Shown here one piece after another: positions 15,275 through 23,853 of a stretch of DNA of 64,000 bases. A program made the position numbers and the translations under genes. Numbering within the stretch: position 1 is the first letter of the stretch; the number at the start of each line of letters is the position of its first letter. The notes beneath the pieces were generated by a model that was not told the DNA's origin, did no database searches, and saw only the letters and a list, made by a program, of their open reading frames with translations. Source of the stretch: an uncultured Chloroflexia bacterium (lineage in GTDB: Bacteria > Chloroflexota > Limnocylindria > Limnocylindrales > CSP1-4); the NCBI GenBank assembly GCA_963766735.1, contig CAVYBU010000030.1, positions 128,001-192,000 on the forward strand, given 5' to 3'.

Positions 15275-15793
15275 TCACCGACGGTCGAGAACCAGCTCCT
15301 CGAGCGACCTGCGGACCTTCGGCGGCCGGGCGTCGGCGGGGTGGCCGAGCGGCGTGAACGCCCAGGGTTCCACGCCATCGGGCAGGGCCAGGACCTCCCG
15401 GGCCGCGGTCGGGTCGAAGGAGGCGACCCAGCAGGTCCCCAGGCCCTCCTGGGCGGCCGCCAGGAGAAGGTGGGTCATCGCGATCGCCGGGTCGACGCCC
15501 GCTGCGGACCAGCCATCGACGGCGCGCACCCAGCTCTCGCCCGGGACGGCGCAGACGGCCAGGACCAACGGAGCCTGGACGAACCACTCGCGATCGTAGA
15601 TCCGCCGCAGATCGTGCTCCTGCCCAGCCGTCCGGATCACGACCACGCGGAAGGCCTGGCGGTTGGCCGCCGTCGGCGCCAGCTGGACGGCCTCGAGGAT
15701 CCGCGTCAACGCTCCCTCGTCAACGGGCGACGCGTCGTACGCCCGGACGCTGTACCTCGCCCTGACCAGGTCCCCGAAGCTCATCGATGTCAT
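15275..15793 (-). CDS. Nitroreductase family protein
   Basis: RYSVRAY, APTAANRQ, GLGTCWV, PLGHP motifs. Confidence 0.9.
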   Translation of the reverse strand: MTSMSFGDLVRARYSVRAYDASPVDEGALTRILEAVQLAPTAANRQAFRVVVIRTAGQEHDLRRIYDREWFVQAPLVLAVCAVPGESWVRAVDGWSAAGVDPAIAMTHLLLAAAQEGLGTCWVASFDPTAAREVLALPDGVEPWAFTPLGHPADARPPKVRRSLEELVLDRR

Positions 15794-16149
15794 CGCGTTC
15801 TCCCGTGGTTCTTCGTGACGGCCGGATCTGTCGGCGGGTTCGATGGCTCAGCCGGACCCGCCGGGCACCGCGTGCAGGATGAGCCGGCGGGGGATCCGCC
15901 CGGCGATCGCGTGTTGCCGAGAGCATCCGCTCGCTGCCGAGGATTGCCCCCGGCGCGCCCGTCCGCAACGGCCGGATGGCCCGGGCATGACGGTCGAGAC
16001 GCACGTCCGCCCGGCGGAACCCGGCGCCGGTCGGGTGTGCCTGACGCCATCGCCCCCATCCCTGTCGTGCGGATGATGCACGGCGAAACCGTTCAGCCGC
16101 CTCGTGTCTCAAGGAGGTGGGCGGCTGGCGTCGGGCGAGGCCACCGCGT

Positions 16150-16183
16150 CGTCATGGGATCGAAAGGTCCCGCCCGCGACACT
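16150..16183 (+). promoter_or_regulatory. Putative OmpR-type activated promoter, copy 1
   Basis: GTCAT-N6-GAAAG followed by a GACACT -10-like hexamer; 25/34 identical, ungapped, to 18335-18368. Confidence 0.5.
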
Positions 16184-16189
16184 CGTCCC

Positions 16190-16260
16190 GTCAAACGTTC
16201 ACGCGGCGACAGGACCGACCTCCTCCCGGTCCTGTCGCCGCCATTCCCGACGGGAGCTCC
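16190..16260 (+). ncRNA. Candidate sRNA or cis-regulatory leader with an anti-SD loop hairpin
   Basis: Perfect 15-bp stem 16203-16217/16227-16241 with loop ACCTCCTCC, just downstream of the predicted promoter; 3' end unknown. Confidence 0.35.
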
Positions 16261-16376
16261 CAAGATGATTGACCAGGGGCCGACCCGCCTCGGACGCGCT
16301 CGCATCGCGAGCCCATCCCCGTGGCACCATGGCGGCGGGCAGCCCGCGCCGGGTTGCGGGCACGGGAGGCTGAACG

Positions 16377-17045
16377 GTGCGGGTTCTGGTGGCCGAGGAC
16401 GACGAGGGCCTGCGCGAAGTCCTGGTCCTCGGCCTGTCCGACGCCGGCTACCACGTCGATGCCGTGGACCGCGGCGACGACGCCATCGACCACCTGCGCT
16501 GGTACGAGTACGACGTCGCCGTCATCGACTGGCGAATGCCGGGTGCCGAGGGGATCGACGTCATCGCCTGGGCCCGCCGGCACGACCGCCCGACGGCCCT
16601 CCTCATGCTCACCGCCCGCGACACGCCCGCTGACCGGATCCGCGGCCTGGACACCGGCGCGGACGACTACCTGGTCAAGCCCTTCGACTTCGGGGAGCTG
16701 CTCGCCCGCGTCCGCGCCCTGCAGCGCCGGCCGCGCGGCGTCGACGCTCCCGTCCTGCGCGCCGGCCGCCTGGAGCTGGACCCCGTGACACGGGTGGTCA
16801 CCGCCGCAGGCCGGGAGATCTCCCTCACCGGCACCGAGTACCGGATCCTGGAGGTCCTGCTCCGTCGCTCTCCCGCGGTGGTGGACCGCAAGGCCATCGC
16901 GGAGCACGCCTGGGCGGACGAGACGGATCCCCTTGGCTCCAACGCCATCGACGTCCAGTTGAGCCGCCTCCGGGCGAAGCTCCCGGACGCCGGCATCCGC
17001 ATCGTCACCGTCCGTGGCGAGGGCTACCGGCTGGAGTCGGCGTGA
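16377..17045 (+). CDS. OmpR-family response regulator
   Basis: VLVAEDD, DWRMP, GADDYLVKPF, C-terminal wHTH (TVRGEGY); GGGAGG RBS before GTG. Confidence 0.95.
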   Translation: MRVLVAEDDEGLREVLVLGLSDAGYHVDAVDRGDDAIDHLRWYEYDVAVIDWRMPGAEGIDVIAWARRHDRPTALLMLTARDTPADRIRGLDTGADDYLVKPFDFGELLARVRALQRRPRGVDAPVLRAGRLELDPVTRVVTAAGREISLTGTEYRILEVLLRRSPAVVDRKAIAEHAWADETDPLGSNAIDVQLSRLRAKLPDAGIRIVTVRGEGYRLESA

Positions 17046-18280
17046 ACGTGGCGCATGCGCCTGGCGTCCGCCGCCAGTCGATCCGCGTCGCGCTCGCCGC
17101 GACCGGCGTCGTCGCGATCGTCTACTTCGTGGTGGCGGCTGGGGTCGTGGCCTTCGCCACGCGTGATCTCACCGCGCAGGTCGACGTTCGCCTCACCCAG
17201 TCCCTCGGCCGCCTCCCGCCGGATGACGGACCCCAGGATCCGCCGCCCGACCCGGGTCGGGATCCGGGGCGCCCGTACGGGGCACCCTTCCTGTTGTGGT
17301 TCGTCGCCGCCGACGGCACGTCCGTCGGCAGCAGCTCCACCCCCGACCTCCCCGCCGGCCTGGAGACGGTCACCGATCCGGTCACTGCCACCATCGACGG
17401 CACGACGATGCGGGTCGCCGGCACGGACGCGGGCGCACGGCGCGTGGTCGTCGCCCAGTCGATGGAGCTGGTCGCCGACGCCCAGCGGACCATCGTCCTG
17501 GGCGTGCTGCTCATCGCGCCGTTCCTGCTGGGATTCGTGTTCGTCGGGGCCGTCATCGTGGGCCGCCGGGTGGCGGCGCCCATCGAGGCCGCGCGTCGTC
17601 GCCAGCTGGAGTTCACCGCGGACGCCTCGCACGAGCTCAGGACGCCGCTCTCCGTGATCGAGGCGCATACCTCGCTGGCCCTCGCCCAGGAGCGGGATGC
17701 TGGGTGGTACCGCTCGGCATTCACCAGCGTGGACCGGGAGGCGAAGCGGATGCGCCGGCTGCTCGAGGACATGCTCTGGCTGGCCCGCTTCGATGCCGCC
17801 CAGGCGCCCGCGCCGTCCGGGCCCGTGGACCTGGGCACGCTCGCGCGCCAGGCCGCGGACCGGTTCTCGGTCATCGCCGAGACACGCCACCTCCGCCTGG
17901 ACGTCCATGTCCCCGGGGACGACGTCGTCATCGCAGCCCCCGCGGACCTGGTGGACCGGCTGATCGTCGTGCTGCTGGACAACGCCTGCAAGTACGCCCC
18001 CGAGGGTGGTTCCGTGGACGTCACCGTCGCGGCGGAGGGCGCCCGGGCGAGCGTCACGGTCGACGACTCGGGCCCCGGGATCGACGACGAGGAGCGTCAG
18101 CGGATCTTCGCACGCTTCCACCGCTCGCTGGCAACGTCGGATGAGGCCGGCGGCGCCGGGCTGGGCCTGGCCATCGGCGATGCGATCGTCCGGGCGACTG
18201 GCGGCCGCTGGGCGGTCGGGCGCGCCCCGGCCGGCGGTGCCCGGTTCTCGGTGAGCTGGAGCCGAGCCTCGCTCGACTAG
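17042..18280 (+). CDS. Sensor histidine kinase
   Basis: Two TM segments, ADASHELRTPL H-box, LLDNACKY, DSGPGI, GAGLGLAI. Confidence 0.95.
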   Translation: MNVAHAPGVRRQSIRVALAATGVVAIVYFVVAAGVVAFATRDLTAQVDVRLTQSLGRLPPDDGPQDPPPDPGRDPGRPYGAPFLLWFVAADGTSVGSSSTPDLPAGLETVTDPVTATIDGTTMRVAGTDAGARRVVVAQSMELVADAQRTIVLGVLLIAPFLLGFVFVGAVIVGRRVAAPIEAARRRQLEFTADASHELRTPLSVIEAHTSLALAQERDAGWYRSAFTSVDREAKRMRRLLEDMLWLARFDAAQAPAPSGPVDLGTLARQAADRFSVIAETRHLRLDVHVPGDDVVIAAPADLVDRLIVVLLDNACKYAPEGGSVDVTVAAEGARASVTVDDSGPGIDDEERQRIFARFHRSLATSDEAGGAGLGLAIGDAIVRATGGRWAVGRAPAGGARFSVSWSRASLD

Positions 18281-18334
18281 CCGTGCAGACCTCGCCGGTC
18301 GCGGCGGCGACGGCTTGGCCGGCCGGGCGGATCG

Positions 18335-18368
18335 CGTAACCGGATCGAAAGGGTGCCCACGCGAGACT
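18335..18368 (+). promoter_or_regulatory. Putative OmpR-type activated promoter, copy 2, for a leaderless gtrA
   Basis: GTAAC-N6-GAAAG and GAGACT 6 nt before ATG 18375. Confidence 0.5.
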
Positions 18369-18374
18369 GCGGGC

Positions 18375-18872
18375 ATGATCACGAACCGCTCCCGATCCTC
18401 CACGGTCGCGCGCTCGTTCGCGAGCCCCGGCATCGGCCGCGAGGTCCTCACGTTCGGCGCCATCGGCATCGTCAGCACGGCGGCCTACGCAGTCCTGTAC
18501 CTGGTGCTTCGGACGGCCGCCGAACCGGTGGCTGCCAACGCTCTCGCGCTCGTGCTCACGGCCGTCGGCAACACCGCCGCCAATCGGCGGCTCACATTCG
18601 GCGTGCGCGACGGCGGTTCGATGCTCCGTGACCAGCTCGGTGGCCTCCTGGCGCTCGGGATCGCCCTCGCGATCACCACTGCCTCGGTCGCCGTCCTGGC
18701 CACCCTCGCCCCGGACGCCGGCCGGCCGGTGGAGCTGGCGGTGCTGGTCGTCGCCAACGGCCTCGCCACGGTCGCCCGCTTCGTCCTCCTTCGCGCATGG
18801 ATCACCGGGAACCGGGGTCCTGCGCCGAGCCCCGCCCCGCCCAGCGCCCCTCTTCCAGGAGTCGCCCCATGA
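18375..18872 (+). CDS. GtrA-family lipid-linked sugar translocase
   Basis: FGAIGIVST, NTAANRRLTF, four TM segments, RFVLLRAW. Confidence 0.85.
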   Translation: MITNRSRSSTVARSFASPGIGREVLTFGAIGIVSTAAYAVLYLVLRTAAEPVAANALALVLTAVGNTAANRRLTFGVRDGGSMLRDQLGGLLALGIALAITTASVAVLATLAPDAGRPVELAVLVVANGLATVARFVLLRAWITGNRGPAPSPAPPSAPLPGVAP

Positions 18873-20923
18873 CCACGCTTGCCCCGCCCACCGCCGAACC
18901 CCGCCTCGGGCCCGTGCCCGCCACCGCTGGGGCTCGCCTGCGGACGCTCGTCCGAACGAGGGCCGCCGAGAAGACCTGGGTCCTGCCGGCCACCGCGGCC
19001 GTCCTGGTCCTGGCCACGATCCTCTACGTCGTCAACCTGACGGTCAGCGGCTATGCCAACGTCTACTACTCGGGCGCCGCGTGGGCCGCGTCCCAGAGCT
19101 GGTCTGCCTGGTTCTTCGGATCCGTCGACCCTGCGAACTTCATCACCGTGGACAAGCCCCCGCTGGCCACGATGGTGATGGGCCTGTCGGTCCGCCTGTT
19201 CGGCCTCAGCTCCGCGTCGATCCTCCTGCCCCAGGCGCTGATGGGCGTCGGCACGGTGGCCCTGACCATGGCGGTCGTGCGGCGCACGTTCGGCGGCCCG
19301 GCCTCGATCATCGCCGGCCTCATCACGGCGCTGACCCCGGCCGCGGTCCTGATGTTCCGCTACAACAACCCGGACGCCCTGCTCACGCTGCTCCTCGTCG
19401 GGTCCGCCTATGCGTTCGTCCGCGCGCTCGAGCACGGTGGCTTCCGCTGGCTCGTTGTCGCCGGTGTCCTCGTCGGCCTCGGCTTCGAGACCAAGCTGTT
19501 GCAGGCGTACCTCGTCCTGCCGGTGTTCGCGCTCGTCTACGCGATCGCTGCGCCGGGCACGATCCGCCGTCGCATCGCGGGCCTCGTCGTCGCCGCGGTC
19601 TCGGTCATCGTCGCCTCGGCCTGGTGGGTGGCCGCCATGGAGGTGATCCCCGCGGCCTCGCGCGCCTATGTCGGTGGCAGCACGAACAACTCCGCGCTGG
19701 ACCTCGTCTTCGGCTACGACGGCCTCGGTCGCATCTTCGGGGGTTCCGGTGGCGGGGCCGGCGGTGGCGGGGCACCGGGCGGCGGAGGGCTGGGCGGGGG
19801 CGGGTTCTCGGGTACGCCCGGGATCCTGCGCCTGTTCAACAGCCAGCTCGGCAGCCAGATCGCCTGGTTCCTGCCGCTGTCGGTGGCCGGCCTGGCGGCC
19901 GGTCTGATCGCCCGCTTCCGCGCGCCGCGCACCGACCTCGTCCGTGCCGCGTTCCTGATGTGGGGCGGCTGGCTTGCCGTCCACGCGATCGTGTTCAGCT
20001 TGATGTCCGGCGTCATCCACAGCTACTACGTGGTCGCCATGGGACCCGCGGTCGGCGCCCTCGTCGGCGGCGGCGCGGTGGTGATGTGGCGGGCGCGCGA
20101 ACGGCATCCGTGGGTCGGGGCCGTGCTCGGCCTGGCGCTCGTGGGCTCGGCCGGCGTGGCGCTCATGCTCCTCGACCGGACCCCGTCCTTCGTGCCGGGT
20201 CTCGGGCTGGTGGTCCTTGCGGTGACCGCGGTGACCGTGCCGCTGGTCGCCCTGCGGCCCACGATCTCGCGCGGTCGCGTCCAGGTGGCCGCGGCCGCGC
20301 TCGGGCTCGCGATGCTGCTCGCCGGGCCGGCCGCGTACGCGGTGGACACGATGCAGACCGCCTATGCCGGTGGCGATCCGTCCGCCGGACCGCAGGCGAC
20401 CTCGACCGACGGCGGACTCGGCGCCGACGGAGGGTCACGCGGCGGCCTGGCTGCCGCCGGCATGACCGGGGCTCCCGGTGGCCTGGCGCCCGCCGGCATG
20501 ACCGGGGCTCCCGGCGGCGGTGGGCCAGGCGGGGGCGCGGGTGCCCCGCTCGACACCGCAACACTGGACTACCTCGTCGCGAACCAGGGCGACGCGACAT
20601 GGCTGGTGGCCGTGAGCGACGCCACCAGCGCAGGCCAGATCGAGATCTCCACCGGTCGGGCCGTAATGGCCATGGGCGGCTTCTCGGGCAGCGACAACGC
20701 CCTGACGCTCCAGCAGCTCCAGGCCCTCGTCGCCTCGGGCGAGCTCCGGTTCGTCTCGGCGGGCGGCGGCGGGGATGGTCGCGGCGGGCCAAACGGAGCA
20801 AGTCCAAACGGCCAGGGCGGCACGTCCGGCGTCAGCAGTTGGGTGACCTCCTCCTGCACGGCGGTGAGTGTCGGCAGCTCGGCCGCCTCCGTCTACGACT
20901 GCGCCGGAGCCGTCTCCGGGTAG
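18869..20923 (+). CDS. GT39/ArnT-PMT family membrane glycosyltransferase
   Basis: FITVDKPP, MFRYNNPDALL, GFETKLLQ, YVGGSTNNS, GYDGLGR, VMAMGGFSGSD; many TM segments. Confidence 0.88.
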   Translation: MTTLAPPTAEPRLGPVPATAGARLRTLVRTRAAEKTWVLPATAAVLVLATILYVVNLTVSGYANVYYSGAAWAASQSWSAWFFGSVDPANFITVDKPPLATMVMGLSVRLFGLSSASILLPQALMGVGTVALTMAVVRRTFGGPASIIAGLITALTPAAVLMFRYNNPDALLTLLLVGSAYAFVRALEHGGFRWLVVAGVLVGLGFETKLLQAYLVLPVFALVYAIAAPGTIRRRIAGLVVAAVSVIVASAWWVAAMEVIPAASRAYVGGSTNNSALDLVFGYDGLGRIFGGSGGGAGGGGAPGGGGLGGGGFSGTPGILRLFNSQLGSQIAWFLPLSVAGLAAGLIARFRAPRTDLVRAAFLMWGGWLAVHAIVFSLMSGVIHSYYVVAMGPAVGALVGGGAVVMWRARERHPWVGAVLGLALVGSAGVALMLLDRTPSFVPGLGLVVLAVTAVTVPLVALRPTISRGRVQVAAAALGLAMLLAGPAAYAVDTMQTAYAGGDPSAGPQATSTDGGLGADGGSRGGLAAAGMTGAPGGLAPAGMTGAPGGGGPGGGAGAPLDTATLDYLVANQGDATWLVAVSDATSAGQIEISTGRAVMAMGGFSGSDNALTLQQLQALVASGELRFVSAGGGGDGRGGPNGASPNGQGGTSGVSSWVTSSCTAVSVGSSAASVYDCAGAVSG
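20441..20512 (+). repeat. In-frame 36-bp tandem duplication in a Gly-rich linker
   Basis: Encodes GGLAAAGMTGAP followed by GGLAPAGMTGAP. Confidence 0.85.
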
Positions 20924-20959
20924 TCGCCTGACGCTACCTTTCGTGTACGACCCCGTCCC

Positions 20960-20997
20960 GAAACGCAAACCCGCCGCGTCGGCGTGCGACGCGGCGG
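20960..20997 (-). terminator. Intrinsic terminator between converging genes
   Basis: CCGCCGCGTCG-gcgtg-CGACGCGGCGG (20971-20997), followed on the minus strand by GTTTGCGTTTC. Confidence 0.65.
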
Positions 20998-21068
20998 ATT
21001 CGGGGTGACGCCTGATGGATCCGGGCCCGAGCCCGGAGCGGGGCAGGAACCGCGGCAGGAGGGCCCGC

Positions 21069-22643
21069 CTAGGCGGCGAACTCCCGCAGCTTGCGGCTCC
21101 GCGACGGGTGGCGCAGCTTGCGCAGCGCCTGGACCTCGATCTGGCGGATCCGCTCCCGGGTGAGGCCGAACTCGCGGCCAACTTCCTCGAGCGTCCGGGC
21201 ATGCCCGTCGTCGAGGCCGAAGCGGAGGCGCAGGACGCGCTGCTCGCGGCCGTCGAGGCTCGCCAGCACGTGTTCGATCTGCTCGCGCCGCATACGGTCC
21301 GCGACCACGTCGAGCGGTGAGACTGCATCCTCGTCCGGGATCAGCTCGCCGAGCTCCGCGTCGCCCTCGTCGCCGACCGGCGACTGCAGGGAGACGGGCT
21401 CCCGGCCGAGCTTGCGGATCTCCTCGACGCGCTGGGGCGTCATCGCCGGCGTCTCGTCGGGTAGGGCCGCCGCGATCTCGGTGTTCGTGGGCTCACGGCC
21501 GAGCTGGGTGGACAGCTCGCGCACGACGCGCGCCACGCGACCCATCGTCTCGACCATGTGAACCGGGATCCGGATCGTCCGGCTCTGGTCCGCGAGGCCG
21601 CGCTGGATCGCCTGGCGGATCCACCAGGTGGCGTAGGTGCTGAACTTGAAGCCGCGCTCGTACTCGAACTTGTCGACGGCGCGGATCAGGCCGGCGTTGC
21701 CCTCCTGGACGAGGTCCAGCAGGCCCATCCCCGCCTGGTTGATGTACTTGCGCGCGATCGAGACGACCAGCCGCAGGTTGGCCGACGTCAGGTGGTCCCG
21801 CGACTGCTTGGCGAGGTCCTTGAGCACCGGGTGCAGCTCGGCGACGGTCTCGGCCTCGTGACCGGCCTCCAGGAACCGCTGGATCGCCGGGTAGGCGATC
21901 TCGGTGCGGGCCCAGGTGCGCAGGTCGCGGAGAGCCTCGTTGCCGCGGATCTCGGCGTTCGGCTTGCCGAGCTCGCCCTCGATCCAGTCGAGCAGGTCCG
22001 AGAAGGTGTCGGCGTCCAGGCGCTCGTTGTACACGGACCGCAGGTCCTGGGCGCGGACCAGGCGCTCCTTGAGCGCGTCCGTCTCGGCCACCTTGAGCGC
22101 ATCTGCCAGCCCGAGGGCGGGTGCGGTCACCAGCAGGTCCATGCTGTCGTCCGAGCGGATGGCCGCCGAGACGATCCGGTGGGCCTCGGTCTCGAACGGC
22201 ACCTCGTACTTGCGGCTCTTCGCCCGGCCGGTGGCCTCGGTGTGGTGAAGCGTCCACTCGTGGATGCTGAGGAGCGCCTTCCACGGCTCGGCCTCGGCCT
22301 GCGCGCCCAGCTCCATGCCCTTGGCGAGGATGACCTCTTCCTCGGCCGTCAGGAGCGGGACCCGCCCGATCTCCCGCAGGTACAGCCGCACGGAGTCGTC
22401 CGTGTCCAGGACCTCGGCCACCACTGGCTCCGGCTCATGCTCCTCGGCGGCCTTGGGGTCTGCGGCCTTGGGGTCTGCGGCCTTGGGGTCTGCGGCCTTG
22501 GGGTTGGGGCGCTCGGCCACCGGCGCCTCGGCGATGAGTGCCGCGGCCTCACGCTCGGCAGCCTTGGGGTCGAGTTCAATCGAAACGGTTGCGAGCGCCA
22601 CTTCGGCGTCCGTTGCAGGCGAGATGGGATCGGAAGAGATCAC
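21069..22643 (-). CDS. RpoD/SigA-like sigma-70 factor (group 1 or 2) with a large non-conserved insertion
   Basis: [17 protein letters not shown] (1.2), [49 protein letters not shown] start at 22643 preceded by GGAG. Confidence 0.92.
   Translation of the reverse strand: MISSDPISPATDAEVALATVSIELDPKAAEREAAALIAEAPVAERPNPKAADPKAADPKAADPKAAEEHEPEPVVAEVLDTDDSVRLYLREIGRVPLLTAEEEVILAKGMELGAQAEAEPWKALLSIHEWTLHHTEATGRAKSRKYEVPFETEAHRIVSAAIRSDDSMDLLVTAPALGLADALKVAETDALKERLVRAQDLRSVYNERLDADTFSDLLDWIEGELGKPNAEIRGNEALRDLRTWARTEIAYPAIQRFLEAGHEAETVAELHPVLKDLAKQSRDHLTSANLRLVVSIARKYINQAGMGLLDLVQEGNAGLIRAVDKFEYERGFKFSTYATWWIRQAIQRGLADQSRTIRIPVHMVETMGRVARVVRELSTQLGREPTNTEIAAALPDETPAMTPQRVEEIRKLGREPVSLQSPVGDEGDAELGELIPDEDAVSPLDVVADRMRREQIEHVLASLDGREQRVLRLRFGLDDGHARTLEEVGREFGLTRERIRQIEVQALRKLRHPSRSRKLREFAA
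22447..22504 (-). repeat. 15-bp tandem repeat, about 3.9 copies, encoding (PKAAD)n in the sigma N-terminus
   Basis: GCGGCCTTGGGGTCT x3 plus a partial copy on the + strand. Confidence 0.92.
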
Positions 22644-22755
22644 GGTGCTCCAGTTGACGGTGCCACGCCCAGCCGCGGGGCCCCGTGGAATTTCGAACAG
22701 CACCCGGGGGGACGCCCGGACGCGCGGCCGGGTCCACGCCACCCGACACACGTAG

Positions 22756-22833
22756 TGGCGTGTCAAATGACACGCCATTGGCCCAGTAGTCTAGGCCATT
22801 GGGCAGCGGTTTGACAACCCCCCAAATTTGGGG
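22756..22833 (-). promoter_or_regulatory. Probable sigma factor promoter flanked by two perfect palindromes
   Basis: Minus strand TTGTCA-N18-TAGACT (22817-22788); TGGCGTGTCA-aa-TGACACGCCA at 22756-22777; CCCCAAATTTGGGG at 22820-22833. Confidence 0.5.
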
Positions 22834-23172
22834 AGTGACGTAGCGTCTCTTGAGGGGATTCGGAATCGAGCGGGCGTACAACTCGTGTGTTGCAGCACAC
22901 CAAGGAGTACGCCGGATGACAACAGTACGCGCCCTGACCCGTCGCCTCACCGCCCTGCCGTGTTCGTGGTCTGCATCGGCCGGTCGAGGGCACAGGGAAT
23001 GGGATGCTTCAACCCGGTGCGCGTATTCGGGTGCGGCCCCGAGCGGGTCCTGCCGGTATCGAGCGGGTCGCACCGGACCCGAGCGGGTCCCGCCGGCCCG
23101 GGCCGGATGGCCGCCTCGACCCTGATCGATCCGTCCGCGACGTCCGACGTCCGTCTGCGCCAGACTGTGCGC

Positions 23173-23853
23173 ATGGTCCGCGTCCTGGTTGTCGATGACG
23201 AAGCCCCCATTGTCGAGCTCCTCGAGGGCTACCTCGCCCGCGAGGGCTACGAGGTGCTCGCCGTGGGCAGCGGCCCCGAGGCGGTGGACCTTGTCCGCTC
23301 GGAGCGTCCAGACGTGGTCATCCTCGACGTCATGCTCCCCGGCCTGGACGGCATCGAGGTCTGCCGCCGGATCCGGACCTTCTCCGACGCATACGTGCTG
23401 ATGTTGACCGCGCGGGGCGAGGAGATCGACCGGATCATGGGGCTCACGGTTGGCGCGGACGACTACCTCGTGAAGCCGTTCTCGCCGCGCGAGGTCGTCG
23501 CCCGCGTGAAGGCGCTGCTGCGACGGCCGCGCCCGGGAACCGGGACGACCGCCGCACCGCCACCCGGCCTGGAGGTGGACGAGGCGCGCCACCAGGTGCG
23601 CGTGGACGGGAGTCCCGTGGACCTCACCGCGCTGGAGTTCAGCCTGCTGGCGGCGCTGGGTCGGAACCCGGGCGTCGTCATCGGCCGGCAGGCGTTGCTC
23701 GACCAGGTCTGGGGTTCGGAGTACGTGGCGGACGACCACCTGGTGGACGTGCATATCGCCAACCTCCGGCGGAAGCTTGGCGACGAGCCGTCCCGACCCC
23801 GGTTCATCGAGACCGTGCGTGGCGTCGGGTACCGGCTCCGTGAGGCCCCGTGA
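23173..23853 (+). CDS. OmpR-family response regulator
   Basis: VLVVDDE, LDVMLP, GADDYLVKPF, IETVRGVGY. Confidence 0.95.
   Translation: MVRVLVVDDEAPIVELLEGYLAREGYEVLAVGSGPEAVDLVRSERPDVVILDVMLPGLDGIEVCRRIRTFSDAYVLMLTARGEEIDRIMGLTVGADDYLVKPFSPREVVARVKALLRRPRPGTGTTAAPPPGLEVDEARHQVRVDGSPVDLTALEFSLLAALGRNPGVVIGRQALLDQVWGSEYVADDHLVDVHIANLRRKLGDEPSRPRFIETVRGVGYRLREAP

Noticed and set aside
16156-16171. GGGATC-GAAA-GGTCCC tetraloop hairpin as a c-di-GMP-I riboswitch
   Set aside because: The flanking GGCAAA and GACGCAAA elements are missing, and the twin copy at 18335 keeps the sequence but not the pairing, which favours a DNA site.
16265-16633. ORF MIDQGPTRL... with an upstream GGGAG
   Set aside because: It overlaps the response regulator out of frame for about 255 nt and has low-complexity composition; at most a remnant.
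22447-22504. Short repeats as a CRISPR array (also 29823-29910 and 51345-51460)
   Set aside because: No unique spacers, too few units, and no cas genes.
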